A stretch of DNA of 64,000 nucleotides from an uncultured Actinomycetota bacterium (GCA_963773935.1 CAVZCZ010000009.1:50442-114441); one strand, 5' to 3'. Counted from the first letter of the stretch, positions 28,643 to 40,089 are shown. Numbers and translations: made by a program. The notes: generated from the sequence alone by a model not told the origin.

Positions 28643-29786
28643 CGGGCACCTCCAGCCGTACCGTCGTGCCCGAGCCGGGCCGGGACGAGACCGCGACTCG
28701 GCCTCCGGCCGCCTGCGCCCGCTCCCGCATGGAGGCTATGCCGAGCCGGCGCCGGGCGTTCGCCGCAGCCGCGGGAGCGAGCGCGTCGTCGGCGTCGAAG
28801 CCGGTGCCGTCATCGGTGACCGCGAGCACGATCGATCCGTCCGCTGTGGACAGTTCAACCCGAATGCGGGTCGGCGATCCGTGCCGCAGCGCGTTGTGCA
28901 CCGCCTCCTGCGCGACCCGGTAGACGGCATCCTCGCGGACCGGGCTTAGCCTGGGCACCGGGCCGCCGCGGAAGCTCACCTCCGCGCCATGCGCGCGGTC
29001 CAGCAGTTCCGCTTGCTTGCGTAGCGCGGGGACGAGGCCGTCGCCGGCCAGGTCGGCCGGCCGAAGCCCCACCATGATCGCGCGCAGCTCGTCGGTCGCC
29101 TCGGCGGCTAGCCGGCGGACCGTCTCCAGATGTTCGGTGGCCGCGCCGGCGTCGGCGCCAACCACGGTCGCCGCGGCCTCCGCGGTCAGGCGTAGGCTGA
29201 ACAGCTTCTGCGTCATCGAGTCGTGCAGGTCGCGGGCGATCCGGTTGCGTTCCTCCATGATGGACAGTTCCCGACTACGCTCGTAGAGCCGGGCATTGAC
29301 CATGGCGATAGCCGCGTGCGCGGCGAGCACCTGGAGCAGTTCCTCGTCGTCGGCAGTGAACCCACCCGGCGCCTTCTTGTTGGCGAGGAACAGTTCGCCG
29401 AGGATCTCCTCACCGTCCACGACCGGCATGCCGATGAAGTCGGTGAGCACCGGATGCGCCGCCGGCCACCAGCCGAACTCGGGATGGCTGCGGATGTCGG
29501 CCAGCCGGACCGGGCGCGGGTCACTGAGCATCAACCCCAGCACGCCGTGCTGGCGGGGGAGCGGGCCGATCGCGGCCCACTGTTCGTCGCTGATGCCGTC
29601 GGCGACGAACTCGGCGAATCCGCCTGCATCGTCGGGCACGCCCAGTGCGGCGTACCGGGCGTCGAGCAGTCGCCGCGCCGATGCCACGATCGTGGCGAGC
29701 ACCTCGCGCACCGACCGGCGCGATGTCACCGCGAGCACCGCGTCGCTGACCACGCGAAGCTCCGACCGGTCGACGTCTGCGCCCAC
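28632..29786 (-). CDS. GAF-domain sensor histidine kinase (HisKA_3)
   Basis: Intact 384 aa, soluble. GAF-like N-terminal part (..RYAALGVPDDAGGFAEFVADG..), H-box IARDLHDSMTQKLFSL, ATPase VTDDGTGFD..LGIASMRERAQAAGG. Overlaps the downstream regulator gene by 11 bp. Confidence 0.85.
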   Translation of the reverse strand: MGADVDRSELRVVSDAVLAVTSRRSVREVLATIVASARRLLDARYAALGVPDDAGGFAEFVADGISDEQWAAIGPLPRQHGVLGLMLSDPRPVRLADIRSHPEFGWWPAAHPVLTDFIGMPVVDGEEILGELFLANKKAPGGFTADDEELLQVLAAHAAIAMVNARLYERSRELSIMEERNRIARDLHDSMTQKLFSLRLTAEAAATVVGADAGAATEHLETVRRLAAEATDELRAIMVGLRPADLAGDGLVPALRKQAELLDRAHGAEVSFRGGPVPRLSPVREDAVYRVAQEAVHNALRHGSPTRIRVELSTADGSIVLAVTDDGTGFDADDALAPAAAANARRRLGIASMRERAQAAGGRVAVSSRPGSGTTVRLEVPVDG

Positions 29787-29908
29787 GGCACCACGGTACT
29801 CAGGTGGCCGACCGGGCGGATCCGGCCCGGGTCCTAGGTCTAAGGACGTAGGCGGATCCCATCCGCGGTCCGATGGCGGGCAGTGTGGAAGATCCTAGCG
29901 TCGATGGC

Positions 29909-30608
29909 ATGACAACGAAGGTTGCGATCGTCACTGGTGCCTCCCGCGGACTCGGCCGAGCGCTTGCCGCAGGATTGGCCGACCAGGGCTGGCGACTGGT
30001 TATCGACGGCCGGGATCCGCTCACCTTGGCGCGGGCGCGCGAGTGAACTGACCGGCGACGTCGCCGCCGTGGCCGGTGACATCACGGATGCCTCCCATCG
30101 CGCGGAACTGATCTCGGTCGCGGCGGAGCTCGGACCGCTCGGGCTCGTGGTGCACAACGCCGGAGTGCTCGGGCCGAGTCCGCTGCCCCCGATGAGCGAG
30201 TTCTCACTGCCCGCGTTGCGTGACCTGGTGGAGGCGACGCTGCTCGCGCCGGTGGGGCTGACGCAACTGGCCCTGCCATTCCTGCGGCACACGCAGGGTG
30301 CCGTCGTCGCGATCACCTCCGACGCGGCGGTCGAGGCCTATCCGGGCTGGGGCGGCTACGGTTCGGCAAAAGCCGCCATGGACCAGGCGATGCGGGTGCT
30401 CGCTGTTGAGGAGCCTGCGGTACGGGTGTGGTCGGTCGACCCGGGCGACCTGCGTACCCGGATGCATCAGGAGGCCTTCCCGGGTGAGGACATCAGCGAC
30501 CGTCCGCTGCCGGAGACCGTGGTGCCCGCGTTCCTCCAGCTGTTGCGCGATCGGCCGGAGTCGGGTCGGGTGCGCCTGGCCGAGATCCTTGCCGGGGCGA
30601 TCGCGTGA
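29909..30608 (+). pseudogene. SDR-family oxidoreductase, one frame switch near 30045
   Basis: ATG 29909: MTTKVAIVTGASRGLGRALAAGLADQGWRLVIDGRDPLTLARARE then stop. It continues in ORF 29922..30608 as ELTGDVAAVAGDITD...VVHNAGV...YGSAKAAMD (the YxxxK motif). Confidence 0.8.
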
Positions 30609-30955
30609 TTTCCGCGGTATCCGCGCTGTGGTTGCCGTACGAGGTGGCTGACGTCGACGCCGCGGCCGCCTTCTATACCGACCACCTTGGACTGTCGGCA
30701 GTGGACAGCTGGAACCGCGACGGGAACCGTGGCGTCGTGTTGAAGGTGGCAGACGCGGCGTACCTGGAGCTGGCCTCACCGGGGGCGGGGGCGCCCGCAC
30801 CGGTGGCGTTCGAGCTCGAGTCCGCGGCGGCCGTCGACGTGGTGCACTCGTTGTTCCGGCCGGAACTCTGGCCACCGCGTCGCTTCCCGCGTGGCCACTA
30901 CGGCTTCGACGCTCCGTCGCCGGTGGGGCGGGTGATGGTGTGGAGCGAGCGGTGA
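30605..30955 (+). CDS. VOC (glyoxalase/bleomycin-resistance fold) family protein
   Basis: Intact 116 aa: WLPYEVADVDAAAAFYTDHLGLSAVDSW. 4-bp overlaps on both sides. Confidence 0.6.
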   Translation: MISAVSALWLPYEVADVDAAAAFYTDHLGLSAVDSWNRDGNRGVVLKVADAAYLELASPGAGAPAPVAFELESAAAVDVVHSLFRPELWPPRRFPRGHYGFDAPSPVGRVMVWSER

Positions 30956-31982
30956 TCGAGGCACCGGTCTATCCCACCCTGCCGCCCGCCTTGGCGGCCT
31001 CGGAGCCGCCGGAGGCACGTGGGCTGCGCCGGGACGGCGTCCGGCTGCTGGTCGGCCGCCGGGGCACCGGCGAGGTGAGCCACCATGTGTTTCGCGAACT
31101 CCCGTCGCTGCTACGGGAAGGCGATGTGATCGTGGTGAACACGTCGGCGACCCTGCCCGCAGCGGTCCCGGTCATGGGCGGAGACCTGACCGTGCATTTC
31201 TCCACCGCGTGGCCGTACGGTGGTTGGCTGGTCGAACTGCGCCAGGTTCGGGGCGGCGCCACGGTGCCGTTCGCCGACGGCGGGCCGGGCGGAGCGGTTC
31301 GAGCTCGCAGGCGGCGGTTCGATCCAGCTGCGTTCGCCGTACTCGACAGGACGGCTCTGGCTCGCGTCGGTGGAGCTTGGAGTCGACGTGCTCGACTATC
31401 TCAGTCAGTACGGCCAGCCCATCCGGTACTGGTATGTGCACGCAGCCGTGGCCGCTGAGGTACTACCAGACCGTGTTCGGCCGGGAACCCGGCAGCGCCG
31501 AGATGCCCAGCGCCGGCCGACCGTTCACCGACGCCATGGTGACCGAACTCGTCACCTCGGGTGTAGCCGTGGTGCCCGTGCTGCTGCACACCGGAGTGGC
31601 CTCACCTGAGGCGCACGAGCGGCCTTACCCTGAGCAGTTCGCCGTGCCGGCCGCCACGGCCCGGACCGTCAACGATCGTCGTGCTGGCGGCGGCCGGATC
31701 ATCGCGATCGGAACCACCGTGGTGCGGGCACTGGAGAGCGCTGTCGGCACCGACGGCATGGTGCATGCGTCAGCCGGCCGCACCGAACTGGTGGTCACGC
31801 CGCAGCGTGGGGTACGGGTCGTGGATGGCCTGCTCACCGGATTTCACGAACCGGCCGCGTCGCATCTGGACATGCTCGCCGCGATCGCCGGGCGGCCGTT
31901 GCTCGATGCCTGCTACGCCGAGGCCGCATCGCAGCGCTACCTATGGCACGAGTTCGGCGATGTGAACCTGCTCCTGCCGTGA
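30940..31982 (+). pseudogene. queA: S-adenosylmethionine:tRNA ribosyltransferase-isomerase (QueA-like), two frame switches
   Basis: PEARGLRRDGVRLLV...LREGDVIVVNTSATLPA (ORF 30940..31458), then ERFELAGGGSIQLRSPY..DYLSQYGQPIRY (ORF 31220..31609), then WPLRYYQTVFGREPGSAEMPSAGRPFT..IIAIGTTVVRALES..GFHEPAASHLDML (ORF 31209..31982). Switches are near 31290 and 31440. An alternative start is GTG 30952. Confidence 0.7.
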
Positions 31983-32006
31983 AGCTCTCCTCAACATGGC
32001 TTCCTG

Positions 32007-33812
32007 TTACCGGTAGGCGGTGGCCTGGATCGCGTAGAGCTCAGCGTACGGACCACCGCGGGCGACCAGCTCCTCATGGCTTCCGACCTCCGCCACCCGG
32101 GAGCCGTCGAGTACGACGATCAGGTCTGCCATGCGCACAGTGCTGAACCGGTGTGACACCAGGATCACGATCCGGCCGCGAGGCCGCCGGGCGTCGCCGC
32201 GAGACCCTTCGCGGCCGCGTGGCGAACGGGCTTGGGCGGCGTAACGTTCGAACAGGGCGTGCTCAGTCTCCGCGTCAAGGGCCGCGGTTGGCTCGTCGAG
32301 CACGAGCACCAAAGGTTCGTCGCGCATGAATCCCCGCGCCAGGGCGAGCTTCTGCCACTGTCCAAAGGAGACATCGACACCGCCCGGCCAGGCCAGCCCC
32401 AGCTGGGTGTCCAGGCCCGCCTCCAGCCGATGCACCACGTCGTCGGCGCCGGCTCGCAGGACCGCGGCGCGGACCGCGTCGCCGTCCTCGACTCGCGGCA
32501 CGTCGCCGACGCCCACGGTCTGGTGCGCGACCAGCTCGAACCGGTAGAAGTCCTGGTACGCCCCGGCCAGGCGGGTGCGCCACTGCTCGGCGGAGACGGT
32601 GGCGAGATCAACCCCGTCGACGAGGATCCGGCCGGAGCTGGGTTCGTAGAACTTCGACAACAGCTTCACCAGGGTGGTCTTGCCGGCGCCGTTCTCGCCG
32701 ACGATGGCGACGACGGCGCCGGCCGGCAGCGTGAGGGAGACGTCGCGCAGGACCGGTTCGGCGGTGCCCGGGTAACTGAACCAGACCCGGTCGAACTCGA
32801 TCCCGCGGGTGAGCACGTCCGGCGCGGGCGCGTCTGCTCGTTGGTCAAACGAGGCCGCGTAATCCTCCAGCCAGGCCAGCCGACGCGACCCGTCCATCCA
32901 GATGCCGCGCAGAAAGCCGATCTCGCCGACGGTGGCGCCCACATAGGACGATAGTTGGGCTCCGGCGGCGAGAACCAGCACCACGTTGCCCGGCCCTGCA
33001 TGCAGCCCGGTGGCGACGAAGGTGATGGCACCGACGTAGCCGAGGCCGAACACGGCCCAGGCCGCGGTGTGCCACCAAGCGGAGGTGAGCCGGGCCGCCG
33101 CGACCGGCCGGTACCACCTCTCCCACGCCTCCCGCCGCTGCCGCACCAGCCGGTCCGCGACGCCGGTCACCCGTACCTCTTTGCCCGGTGGCGCGGTCGT
33201 CGCGGTCTGGAACAGGTGCCGGGCCAGCCGGGCCGCTGAGGCACCGCGCTCCTGCGCGTCCCGCTCGACCGCGGGCCGCCAGGACGAGGTGAGCACCGTC
33301 GGCGCTGCGCACAAGGCGAGCAGGCCGAGCGCCGGGTTGATCGACATCAGCAGCGCCATAGTCAGGCCCAGTCGCAGGATCCAACCGAGGGTGCTGAACA
33401 CCGACATGTAGAGGTGATCCAGCACGAAGACCTGCTCTCGGAGCACCGACAGCCGGTCCAGATAGTCCGGCCGTTCATGGTGCGTGACCGTCGCCACGGT
33501 GGCTTGCAGGCGCGCGACGTGCGACTCGAGCGCGATCGTCACCTTGTCCCGGAACCGCCGCTGCAGCCGGGTGGAGATGATTCGGAGCAACCAGGTGGCA
33601 CCACCGGAGAAGGCCAGCCCGGCCGCGGTGAGATAGGCCAGCCCGGTGTCGTGCGCGAGTACCGCGTCGGTGAGCAGCTTGAGCCAGAGCGCGAGCAGCG
33701 CCTCGGGCACCGCGGCGAGCATGGACAACACGAAGGCCACCGACATCAGGCGCGGCTCGAACCGGTAGCCCAGCTTGCACAGTCGCCACATGGACGACAG
33801 CGCCGGTGGCAT
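32007..33812 (-). CDS. ABC exporter, fused permease/ATPase (type I exporter half-transporter)
   Basis: Intact 601 aa with a 6-TM domain. Walker A GENGAGKTTL, signature SFGQWQKLALAR, Walker B LVLDEPTAALD. Confidence 0.9.
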   Translation of the reverse strand: MPPALSSMWRLCKLGYRFEPRLMSVAFVLSMLAAVPEALLALWLKLLTDAVLAHDTGLAYLTAAGLAFSGGATWLLRIISTRLQRRFRDKVTIALESHVARLQATVATVTHHERPDYLDRLSVLREQVFVLDHLYMSVFSTLGWILRLGLTMALLMSINPALGLLALCAAPTVLTSSWRPAVERDAQERGASAARLARHLFQTATTAPPGKEVRVTGVADRLVRQRREAWERWYRPVAAARLTSAWWHTAAWAVFGLGYVGAITFVATGLHAGPGNVVLVLAAGAQLSSYVGATVGEIGFLRGIWMDGSRRLAWLEDYAASFDQRADAPAPDVLTRGIEFDRVWFSYPGTAEPVLRDVSLTLPAGAVVAIVGENGAGKTTLVKLLSKFYEPSSGRILVDGVDLATVSAEQWRTRLAGAYQDFYRFELVAHQTVGVGDVPRVEDGDAVRAAVLRAGADDVVHRLEAGLDTQLGLAWPGGVDVSFGQWQKLALARGFMRDEPLVLVLDEPTAALDAETEHALFERYAAQARSPRGREGSRGDARRPRGRIVILVSHRFSTVRMADLIVVLDGSRVAEVGSHEELVARGGPYAELYAIQATAYR

Positions 33813-33844
33813 TGCGTCGTGCTCGGAGTGCGACCGCCGTCGAC

Positions 33845-35743
33845 TCAGCTGAGGACGTCATAGGTCACCGGTTCATCCGCGTCGTCGTCGGGCAGGCCAG
33901 CGGCGAAGCGCTGCGCCTGTAGGTCGAACATGGTGCGGTAGCGTCCGCCGAGCGCCATCAGTTCGTCGTGAGTGCCGAGCTCGGCCACGCGGCCGTCCTC
34001 GATCACGCAGATGCGGTCGACATGGCGGACCGTCGAGAACCGGTGCGAGACCAGGATCGTGGTGCAGTGCCTGGTCTCGGCCAGGATCCGCTCGAAGATC
34101 TCTGCCTCACCCCGCACGTCGAGCTGCGCCGTAGGCTCGTCCAGGAGTACCACGCCTGCTCCCTGCCGCACTGCGGCGAGGACCCGGGCCAGCGCGACTC
34201 GCTGCCACTGCCCGCCGGAGAGGTCAGTGCCGCCGGGATAGCCCTTCGCCAGTATGGTGTCCACAGTGGTCAGATCTGCCGCACCCGCGGATTCCAGCGC
34301 CGCCAGCACGACATCATCCGGGGCACCGGTGGGCGCCACGTTGTCGCGCAGCGACAGCTCCAACCGGAGGAAGTCCTGGAACACCGCGGTCACGCGGGAT
34401 CGCCACGCGACGATCTCGAACTCACGGATATCGATGCCATCGACCTCGATCGCGCCCTGTTCCGGGTCGTAGAGGCGGCAGATCAGCTTCGCCAGCGTGG
34501 TCTTGCCGGCACCGTTGCGGCCGACGATCGCGAGCGACGAACGGGCGGGAATGGTGAGGTCGAACCCGTCCAGCACGAGCCGCTCGGTGCCCGGGTACCG
34601 GAATCTCACGTCCCGGAACCGGAGCTCCCGCACCGGTGCGGCGCCGGCGACCCGATCGCCGCTCGACAGCGCTCCGGCCGCAGCGGCCTTAGGACCCAGT
34701 GCCAGGACGGCCGCGACGGGGGCCGCAGCACCGTCGACCGCCCAGTTCAGTCCGCCGAACGCGATCAGCGATGTGCCGAGCGCGGCCTGTGCGAAGACCA
34801 CCACCTCGCCGAGACCCAGCCGGCCGCCGATCGCGGCCTGGACCAGTGACCAGAAGAACAGCGCGTTGGCGGCGAAGACGAGCAGCATGCTGGTCACGAC
34901 CGAGCGCTCGCGCAGCCGGGTGGCCTCGTACTGCAACTGGTGCAGCCGGCGCCGCCGGGTGACGAACCGGTCGAGCACCCAATCGGCGAGGCCGAACAGC
35001 CGTACCTCCTTGGCCGCCGGCGGATCCACGGCCATCCGGTAGGCGTAGTCGCTGTGTTGCTGTGCCGCCCGTACCTCGTCGGTGTTGCGGTCGCGCCACA
35101 CGCCGCTCTCGCGGAGCAGCCAATGAGTGGCGAGCCAGGCGCCGCCCAGCACGAGCGGCGCCCACCAGGAGTATCCGAACAGGAGCGCCGCCGAGAAGAG
35201 ACCGGACAGCAACGAGACCAGGCCGCCCGCGATGAAGTCGAGCGAGATGGACAGCGGGGGGCCGGTGATGCCCAGATCGAAGTCGCGGGCCACCGTCATC
35301 TGCTCGGCGAGCTTCGGATCCTCCAGATGCCCCATGCCGGGCGGCTCGACGCTGGTCTCGGTGAGTCGGTCGTAGAGCCAGGCCGCGGTGCGGTCACCAA
35401 GGTTGGCACTGACCGCGGTGTGGATCGGGCTGAGCACCTGGAGCAGGACGAAGACCACTCCGACGAGGGCGAGTGGACCGGAAAGCGACCCTCCACTCTG
35501 GACTGTGCCAACAAGGCTGCCCATGGCCACCGCGAACGTCGCCGGTAGCGCGCCGCGCAGGATGAGCAGGAACCACCAAGCGGTGCCCAGCGGCAGGTCA
35601 GCGCGGTGCAGCACGCTGAACAGCTGCCACTCCTTGCGTCGCCGCAGTCGCCCGGTTATCGAGTGAGCGCTCGTCTTTCCGCGCGAACTCGATAACCGCC
35701 AACGCAACACTGCCAACTCTGAGCGCCTCCCACCCCGTTGCAT
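33845..35743 (-). CDS. ABC exporter, fused permease/ATPase (partner of 32007..33812)
   Basis: Intact 632 aa: GRNGAGKTTL, LSGGQWQRVALAR, VLLDEPTAQLD. The exact start within the first ~40 codons is uncertain. Confidence 0.9.
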   Translation of the reverse strand: MQRGGRRSELAVLRWRLSSSRGKTSAHSITGRLRRRKEWQLFSVLHRADLPLGTAWWFLLILRGALPATFAVAMGSLVGTVQSGGSLSGPLALVGVVFVLLQVLSPIHTAVSANLGDRTAAWLYDRLTETSVEPPGMGHLEDPKLAEQMTVARDFDLGITGPPLSISLDFIAGGLVSLLSGLFSAALLFGYSWWAPLVLGGAWLATHWLLRESGVWRDRNTDEVRAAQQHSDYAYRMAVDPPAAKEVRLFGLADWVLDRFVTRRRRLHQLQYEATRLRERSVVTSMLLVFAANALFFWSLVQAAIGGRLGLGEVVVFAQAALGTSLIAFGGLNWAVDGAAAPVAAVLALGPKAAAAGALSSGDRVAGAAPVRELRFRDVRFRYPGTERLVLDGFDLTIPARSSLAIVGRNGAGKTTLAKLICRLYDPEQGAIEVDGIDIREFEIVAWRSRVTAVFQDFLRLELSLRDNVAPTGAPDDVVLAALESAGAADLTTVDTILAKGYPGGTDLSGGQWQRVALARVLAAVRQGAGVVLLDEPTAQLDVRGEAEIFERILAETRHCTTILVSHRFSTVRHVDRICVIEDGRVAELGTHDELMALGGRYRTMFDLQAQRFAAGLPDDDADEPVTYDVLS

Positions 35744-35830
35744 CGAGACCGTTGGAATCGAGACGAGGCAGTGTATCGCCGGTGTACGACAGGTCGGTTA
35801 CGTCAGCTCGGCGGCGACGAGGGCGGTGCC

Positions 35831-36682
35831 TCACCGGTGGGTCCACCGGGCCGCTCGTACCCGGTAGGTCCGGAGGGTGGCGGCGGACCCGGTGGGGGTC
35901 GGCGGCGGACCGGGCGGGGGTGGCGGCGGACCGGGCGGGGGCGGGCCGTACGGTTGGGTGCCGCCGGGCGGGGGCGGGCCGTACGGCTGCGGGCCACCGG
36001 GAGTTGGGTAGCCGGTCGCGGGTGCCGGCCGGGCCGGGCCGCCGCGGGTCCTGATGCCCCAGATCAGCAGAGCCAGACCGGCCAGCGCGACCAGGATGCT
36101 GACGATCAGTGCACCGATGCCGACCTCGCGCAGCCCGTTGACCTCGATACCGAACTGGACCTGCGCGTCGACCTCCGGCGACCCGTCGTCATTCATCAGC
36201 ACGAAGCGGTAGTCGCCCTCGGCTACCTGCCATTCGAGGCGGGGGTTGTCGCCGCTGGCCTGCGCCACCCAGATGATCTGGTCGTCCGGCGGCTCCGCGA
36301 TGGGCAGGCCTTCGCGCAGCCTCGTGTCCACCCGGTAGGGCCGCAGGTTGATCTCACGCACCTCCTCCTGCGCGATGCCGGCCAGGTAGCCGTCGACGTC
36401 GGAGGACCGGGCGACACCAAGGAAGATCGGCTGCCCGTTCGACCGGGCGCTGATCGTGATGGTGGTGGCGCCGAACCCCGACGTGGGTACCGGCGAACCC
36501 GAAGAGACCTGCTCGGTGGTGGAGATCAACGCCGGCGTTTCGGTGGCGAGCCGGTGATAGCCCGACTCGATCGCACCGTCGCCGCCGGTCGCGGCGGTCA
36601 GCACGGCCGCAAGCGCAGTACCGCCGAGGCCGCAGAACAACAGCAGGGCACCGAGCACGATCAGGACGATCTTCTTGGTCAT
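35831..36682 (-). CDS. two-TM membrane protein with extracytoplasmic domain and Pro-rich C-terminal tail (unknown family)
   Basis: ATG 36680-36682 with GGGAGG upstream. MTKKIVLIVLGALLLFCGLGGTALAAV, a ~190-aa domain, a second TM IGALIVSILVALAGLALLIWGI, then the tail GYPTPGGPQPYGPPPPGGTQPYGPPPPGPPPPPPG. The last ~20 codons look out of frame. The true end may be 35803 via a shift near 35890. Confidence 0.55.
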   Translation of the reverse strand: MTKKIVLIVLGALLLFCGLGGTALAAVLTAATGGDGAIESGYHRLATETPALISTTEQVSSGSPVPTSGFGATTITISARSNGQPIFLGVARSSDVDGYLAGIAQEEVREINLRPYRVDTRLREGLPIAEPPDDQIIWVAQASGDNPRLEWQVAEGDYRFVLMNDDGSPEVDAQVQFGIEVNGLREVGIGALIVSILVALAGLALLIWGIRTRGGPARPAPATGYPTPGGPQPYGPPPPGGTQPYGPPPPGPPPPPPGPPPTPTGSAATLRTYRVRAARWTHR

Positions 36683-36886
36683 GGCGTGACCTCCCTCGTT
36701 CACGGTAGGGAGTCCGGCCGCCATAAGCGACAAAACAGTACAACTCAGTCCGACAGGCCGATGAGCGCGTGTGGACAAGTGATCAACGGATCGACCTGGT
36801 GCAACGCCAACCGGCCGGTCCTCCGTCCATTCGTAGGAAGGGTAGAGTCCGATTCCACCCCTTACCCCCCAAGGAGTAACCGCGCG

Positions 36887-39800
36887 ATGAGACTCGTCCT
36901 GAGGCGTCTGCGCGGTGCCCGCACCCTGCTTCTCGCGGCCGTCGTGGCCACCCTCATCGCGGTGTCGTTCGTGGTCGGACTTCTGGTCTACGGCCGCGAT
37001 GTGGTCACTGCCGCCGCCCAGACCACGATCGCCTCGGCGCCGCCGGAGGAGCGCTCGGTGCTGGTGCGCGGCGCGGCCGACGTGGGCGGTACCGGGTTGG
37101 CCGAGAAGGACACCGCGCTGCGGGCGGCGTTGCGCGACGGCATCGGCGGTCGGGCGGTCGACGTCTCTGTGGCCGGATACAGCGTGGGTCGTCAGCTCAC
37201 CGGACCGGCCGGCACCGCGGAAGGTGACACCGACGGCATCGTGTACGGCGACGTCATGTTCCTCGATGACCTACCCGAGCACGCGAACCTGGTCGCTGGC
37301 GCGTGGGCGCAGCCCGGTGCGAGCACCACCGAGGTCACCCTGGCCCGCGCCGCGGCCGCCGTGCTGCAGACCGGCGTAGGGGCCCGGCTCCCGATCCTGG
37401 ACCGGCGCTCGGGCACCACCACCGAGGTCCTGGTGGTGGGCATCTGGGAGCCGACCGACCTCACCGACCCGTACTGGCGGCTGGCCCCGGGGGTGAGCAA
37501 CGGAACCGTGCCGGGTGGCCATTCGTACGGTCCGATCACATTGGACCGGGCGGACTTCTTGCGATCCTGGGCGGCCGACGCCTCGGTGGGTTGGATGGTG
37601 CGTCCCGATCTGCGCAGGGTGGGCCTGGAGCAGCTGGTACAGCTCCGCAGCGGCATCGTGCCGCTGGCGTCGCTGCCCGATGAGGTGGGGCTTTCCGGCA
37701 CGGGACAGCTCAGTACCGGAATGGACCGGCTGGTCGACCGGCTCACCCGGGCCGACCTAGTGGGCCGGTCGGCGCTGCTCACGCCGGTGCTGTTGATCGT
37801 CGTGCTCGGTGTCTACGCCCTCCTGCTCATCGCCATGCTGCTCACCGAGCACCGGCGGGCCGAAACCGCGCTCATCCGGGCCCGGGGCGCTGGCCGCGCG
37901 CAGATCGCCGGGTTGGCCGCTCGTGAGGCGACGTTGCTGGTGCTCCCCGCGATCCTGCTCGGGCCCCCGCTGGCGAGCACTGTGCTCACCTGGGCCGGCA
38001 GGTTGCCGGTCTTCGCCGACGCCTCGATCCGCCTGGCGCCGGACCTGAGTCCGTGGCTGTGGGCGATTGCCGGTGTCGCCGCGCTGATCTGCCTCGTCGC
38101 CATGGTCGGGCCGTCCGTGCGCCGTTCCGGCACCTATGTGGAGGAACTCGCATCCCGGTCGCGGCCGTCCCGACTCGCCTTCGCGCAGCGGGCCAGTGTC
38201 GACGTGGCCCTGGTCGCGCTCGCCGTGCTGGCCTGGTTCCAGTTGCGGCAGTACGCCTCACCGCTCTCCGGCGGTGGCAATGGACTCGGTATCGACCCGC
38301 TCCTGGTCGTGGCGCCGACGGCTGGCGTGCTCGCCGGCGCGGTAGTGTCCTTGCGGCTGCTGCCGGTCGTGACCCGGTTGGCGGAGCGGTACGTCGACCG
38401 CAAGCACTGGCCGGCGACGATGTTCGGCATGTGGCAGGCGGGCCGGCGGCCGCACGCCGGACCGGTGCTGCTGCTCTCGCTCGCGGTCGCGGTCAGCACG
38501 TTGGCCTGGGCCATGCTCAGCACCGCACAACGGTCCCTTGTGGACCAGGCCGAGTTCGGTGTCGGCGCTGACCTGCGGCTGGTGGAGGCGAACGGGTTCG
38601 CGCCGGACGGACGCACTGCCCAGCTGGCCGCGCTGCCCGGCGTCGCCGCGGTGGCACCGGTCAGCCGCGACGTGCTACGGCTCGGCCCAGAGGATACGAC
38701 CACCAATGTCGTGGGCATCGATGCCGAGCTCGCGTCCACTGTGGTGCATTACCGCGATGACCTCAACGGCGGTCCGTCGATGTTCGCGAGCCTCGCCGCG
38801 GCCCGCCCCACGCTGCCGCTGCTGCCCCTGCCGCCGGGCTCCGCCCGGTTCGCCACCGACGTCTCAGTCCGGTCGAGCAAGTCGAGCGGGATCCGCGCTG
38901 ACTACCACGGTCACCGTTCTGACCGGACGGGGCCAGCTGATCCGCGTGCCGATCGGGACCGTGCGCACCAACGAGGCACCGCAACGGTTTACGGTTGCGC
39001 TGCCATCGGATCAAAAGCTCTCGGTCGTGCGCTTTGATGTCGGCGTCGGCGGCAACGAAGCCGAGGTCGACCTGCGATGGAGTCTCAGCAACCTCCAGGT
39101 GGCCGACGCGGGCGGCAACTGGTCCGAAGTGGACCTGGCTGCGGCTGGGGACTGGCAGCTCATCGATGCCCGCAGTCCGGACCTTGGTCCGGCGACACGA
39201 CCACTCGATGATCCGCATGGGATTGCCGCAAGCCGCACCACCGGCAGCTTCGGCCGCGGCACGCCACGCGCCGCCGACTTCGGCGTGATCCCCAATCGCC
39301 AGCCTGGGCCGGTGCCGGCGGCCGTTACCGCCGGCGTGCTGAGCGCGCTGCGCATCGGCGTCGGCGACACCGTCGACCTGACCATGGCCGGCGCCGCGGT
39401 GACGCTGCGCGTGGTGGCGGAGGTGGTCGCGGTACCGGGCACACGGCAAGCGCCCGCCGCGATGATCGCCGATCTGCCGTCTTTAGCCGCTGCCCTCGGC
39501 CGTGCCCGGCCGGTCGGGCTGACCATCGCCGAGAACTGGGTCGCCACCGCACCTGGCAGCGCCGCTTCCGTAGCCGAGCAGACGCGTCTACTGCCGGGCA
39601 TCCGCACCCTCGACGAGGCCACAGTGGCCGCCACGGCCGGCCGTGAGCCGTACGGCGTTGGCGGCCGGTCGGCACTGTTCGCGGCTGGACTCGGCGCGCT
39701 ACTGCTCGCGTTGATCGGCATCGGCGTCGATGTCCGCGCGACGATGCGCCGACGGGTGGGCGAGTTCGCCGTGCTCCAGACGATGGGCGCCGGGTCGCGG

Positions 39801-40089
39801 CTTGCTGGCTCGGGCGGTCCTTGCCGAGCAGGCCTTCCTCGCTGGGCTCGGGGTGCTGGTCGGGCTTGCGGTGGGCGTGGGCGTGGCGGCCACCATGGCG
39901 CCGCTGGTCATCCTCACCCCGTCGGCCGACCGGCCGGAGCCCCTGCCGTTACTTCAGTTGCCATGGCTACCGGTGCTCGCCACCGCGGGCGGCCTGCTCG
40001 CCGCGGCGATGCTGCTCAGCGGTGCCGTCGCCGCCACCCTCGGCCGCCGACTCGCGGTGGCCCGGTTGCGGATCGGAGACGACCTGTGA
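36887..40089 (+). pseudogene. large FtsX-family ABC permease 1 (about 1065 aa), two frame switches
   Basis: ATG 36887 after AAGGAG (36871-36876). MRLVLRRLRGARTLLLAAVVATLIAVSF...; FtsX modules (..LIRARGAGRAQIAGLAAREA.. and ..AVLQTMGAGSR/LLARAVLAEQAFLAGLG..). Pieces are in ORFs 35738..39037, 38538..40811 and 39730..40089. Switches are near 38895 and 39800. Confidence 0.8.

Noticed and set aside
35738-36886. N-terminal ~380 codons of the 1099-aa ORF 35738..39037.
   Set aside because: This part is antisense to the Pro-tailed membrane protein gene and is Arg/Gly-rich. A strong AAGGAG RBS plus ATG at 36887, with a typical FtsX N-terminus (MRLVLRRLRGARTLLLAAVV), marks the real start.
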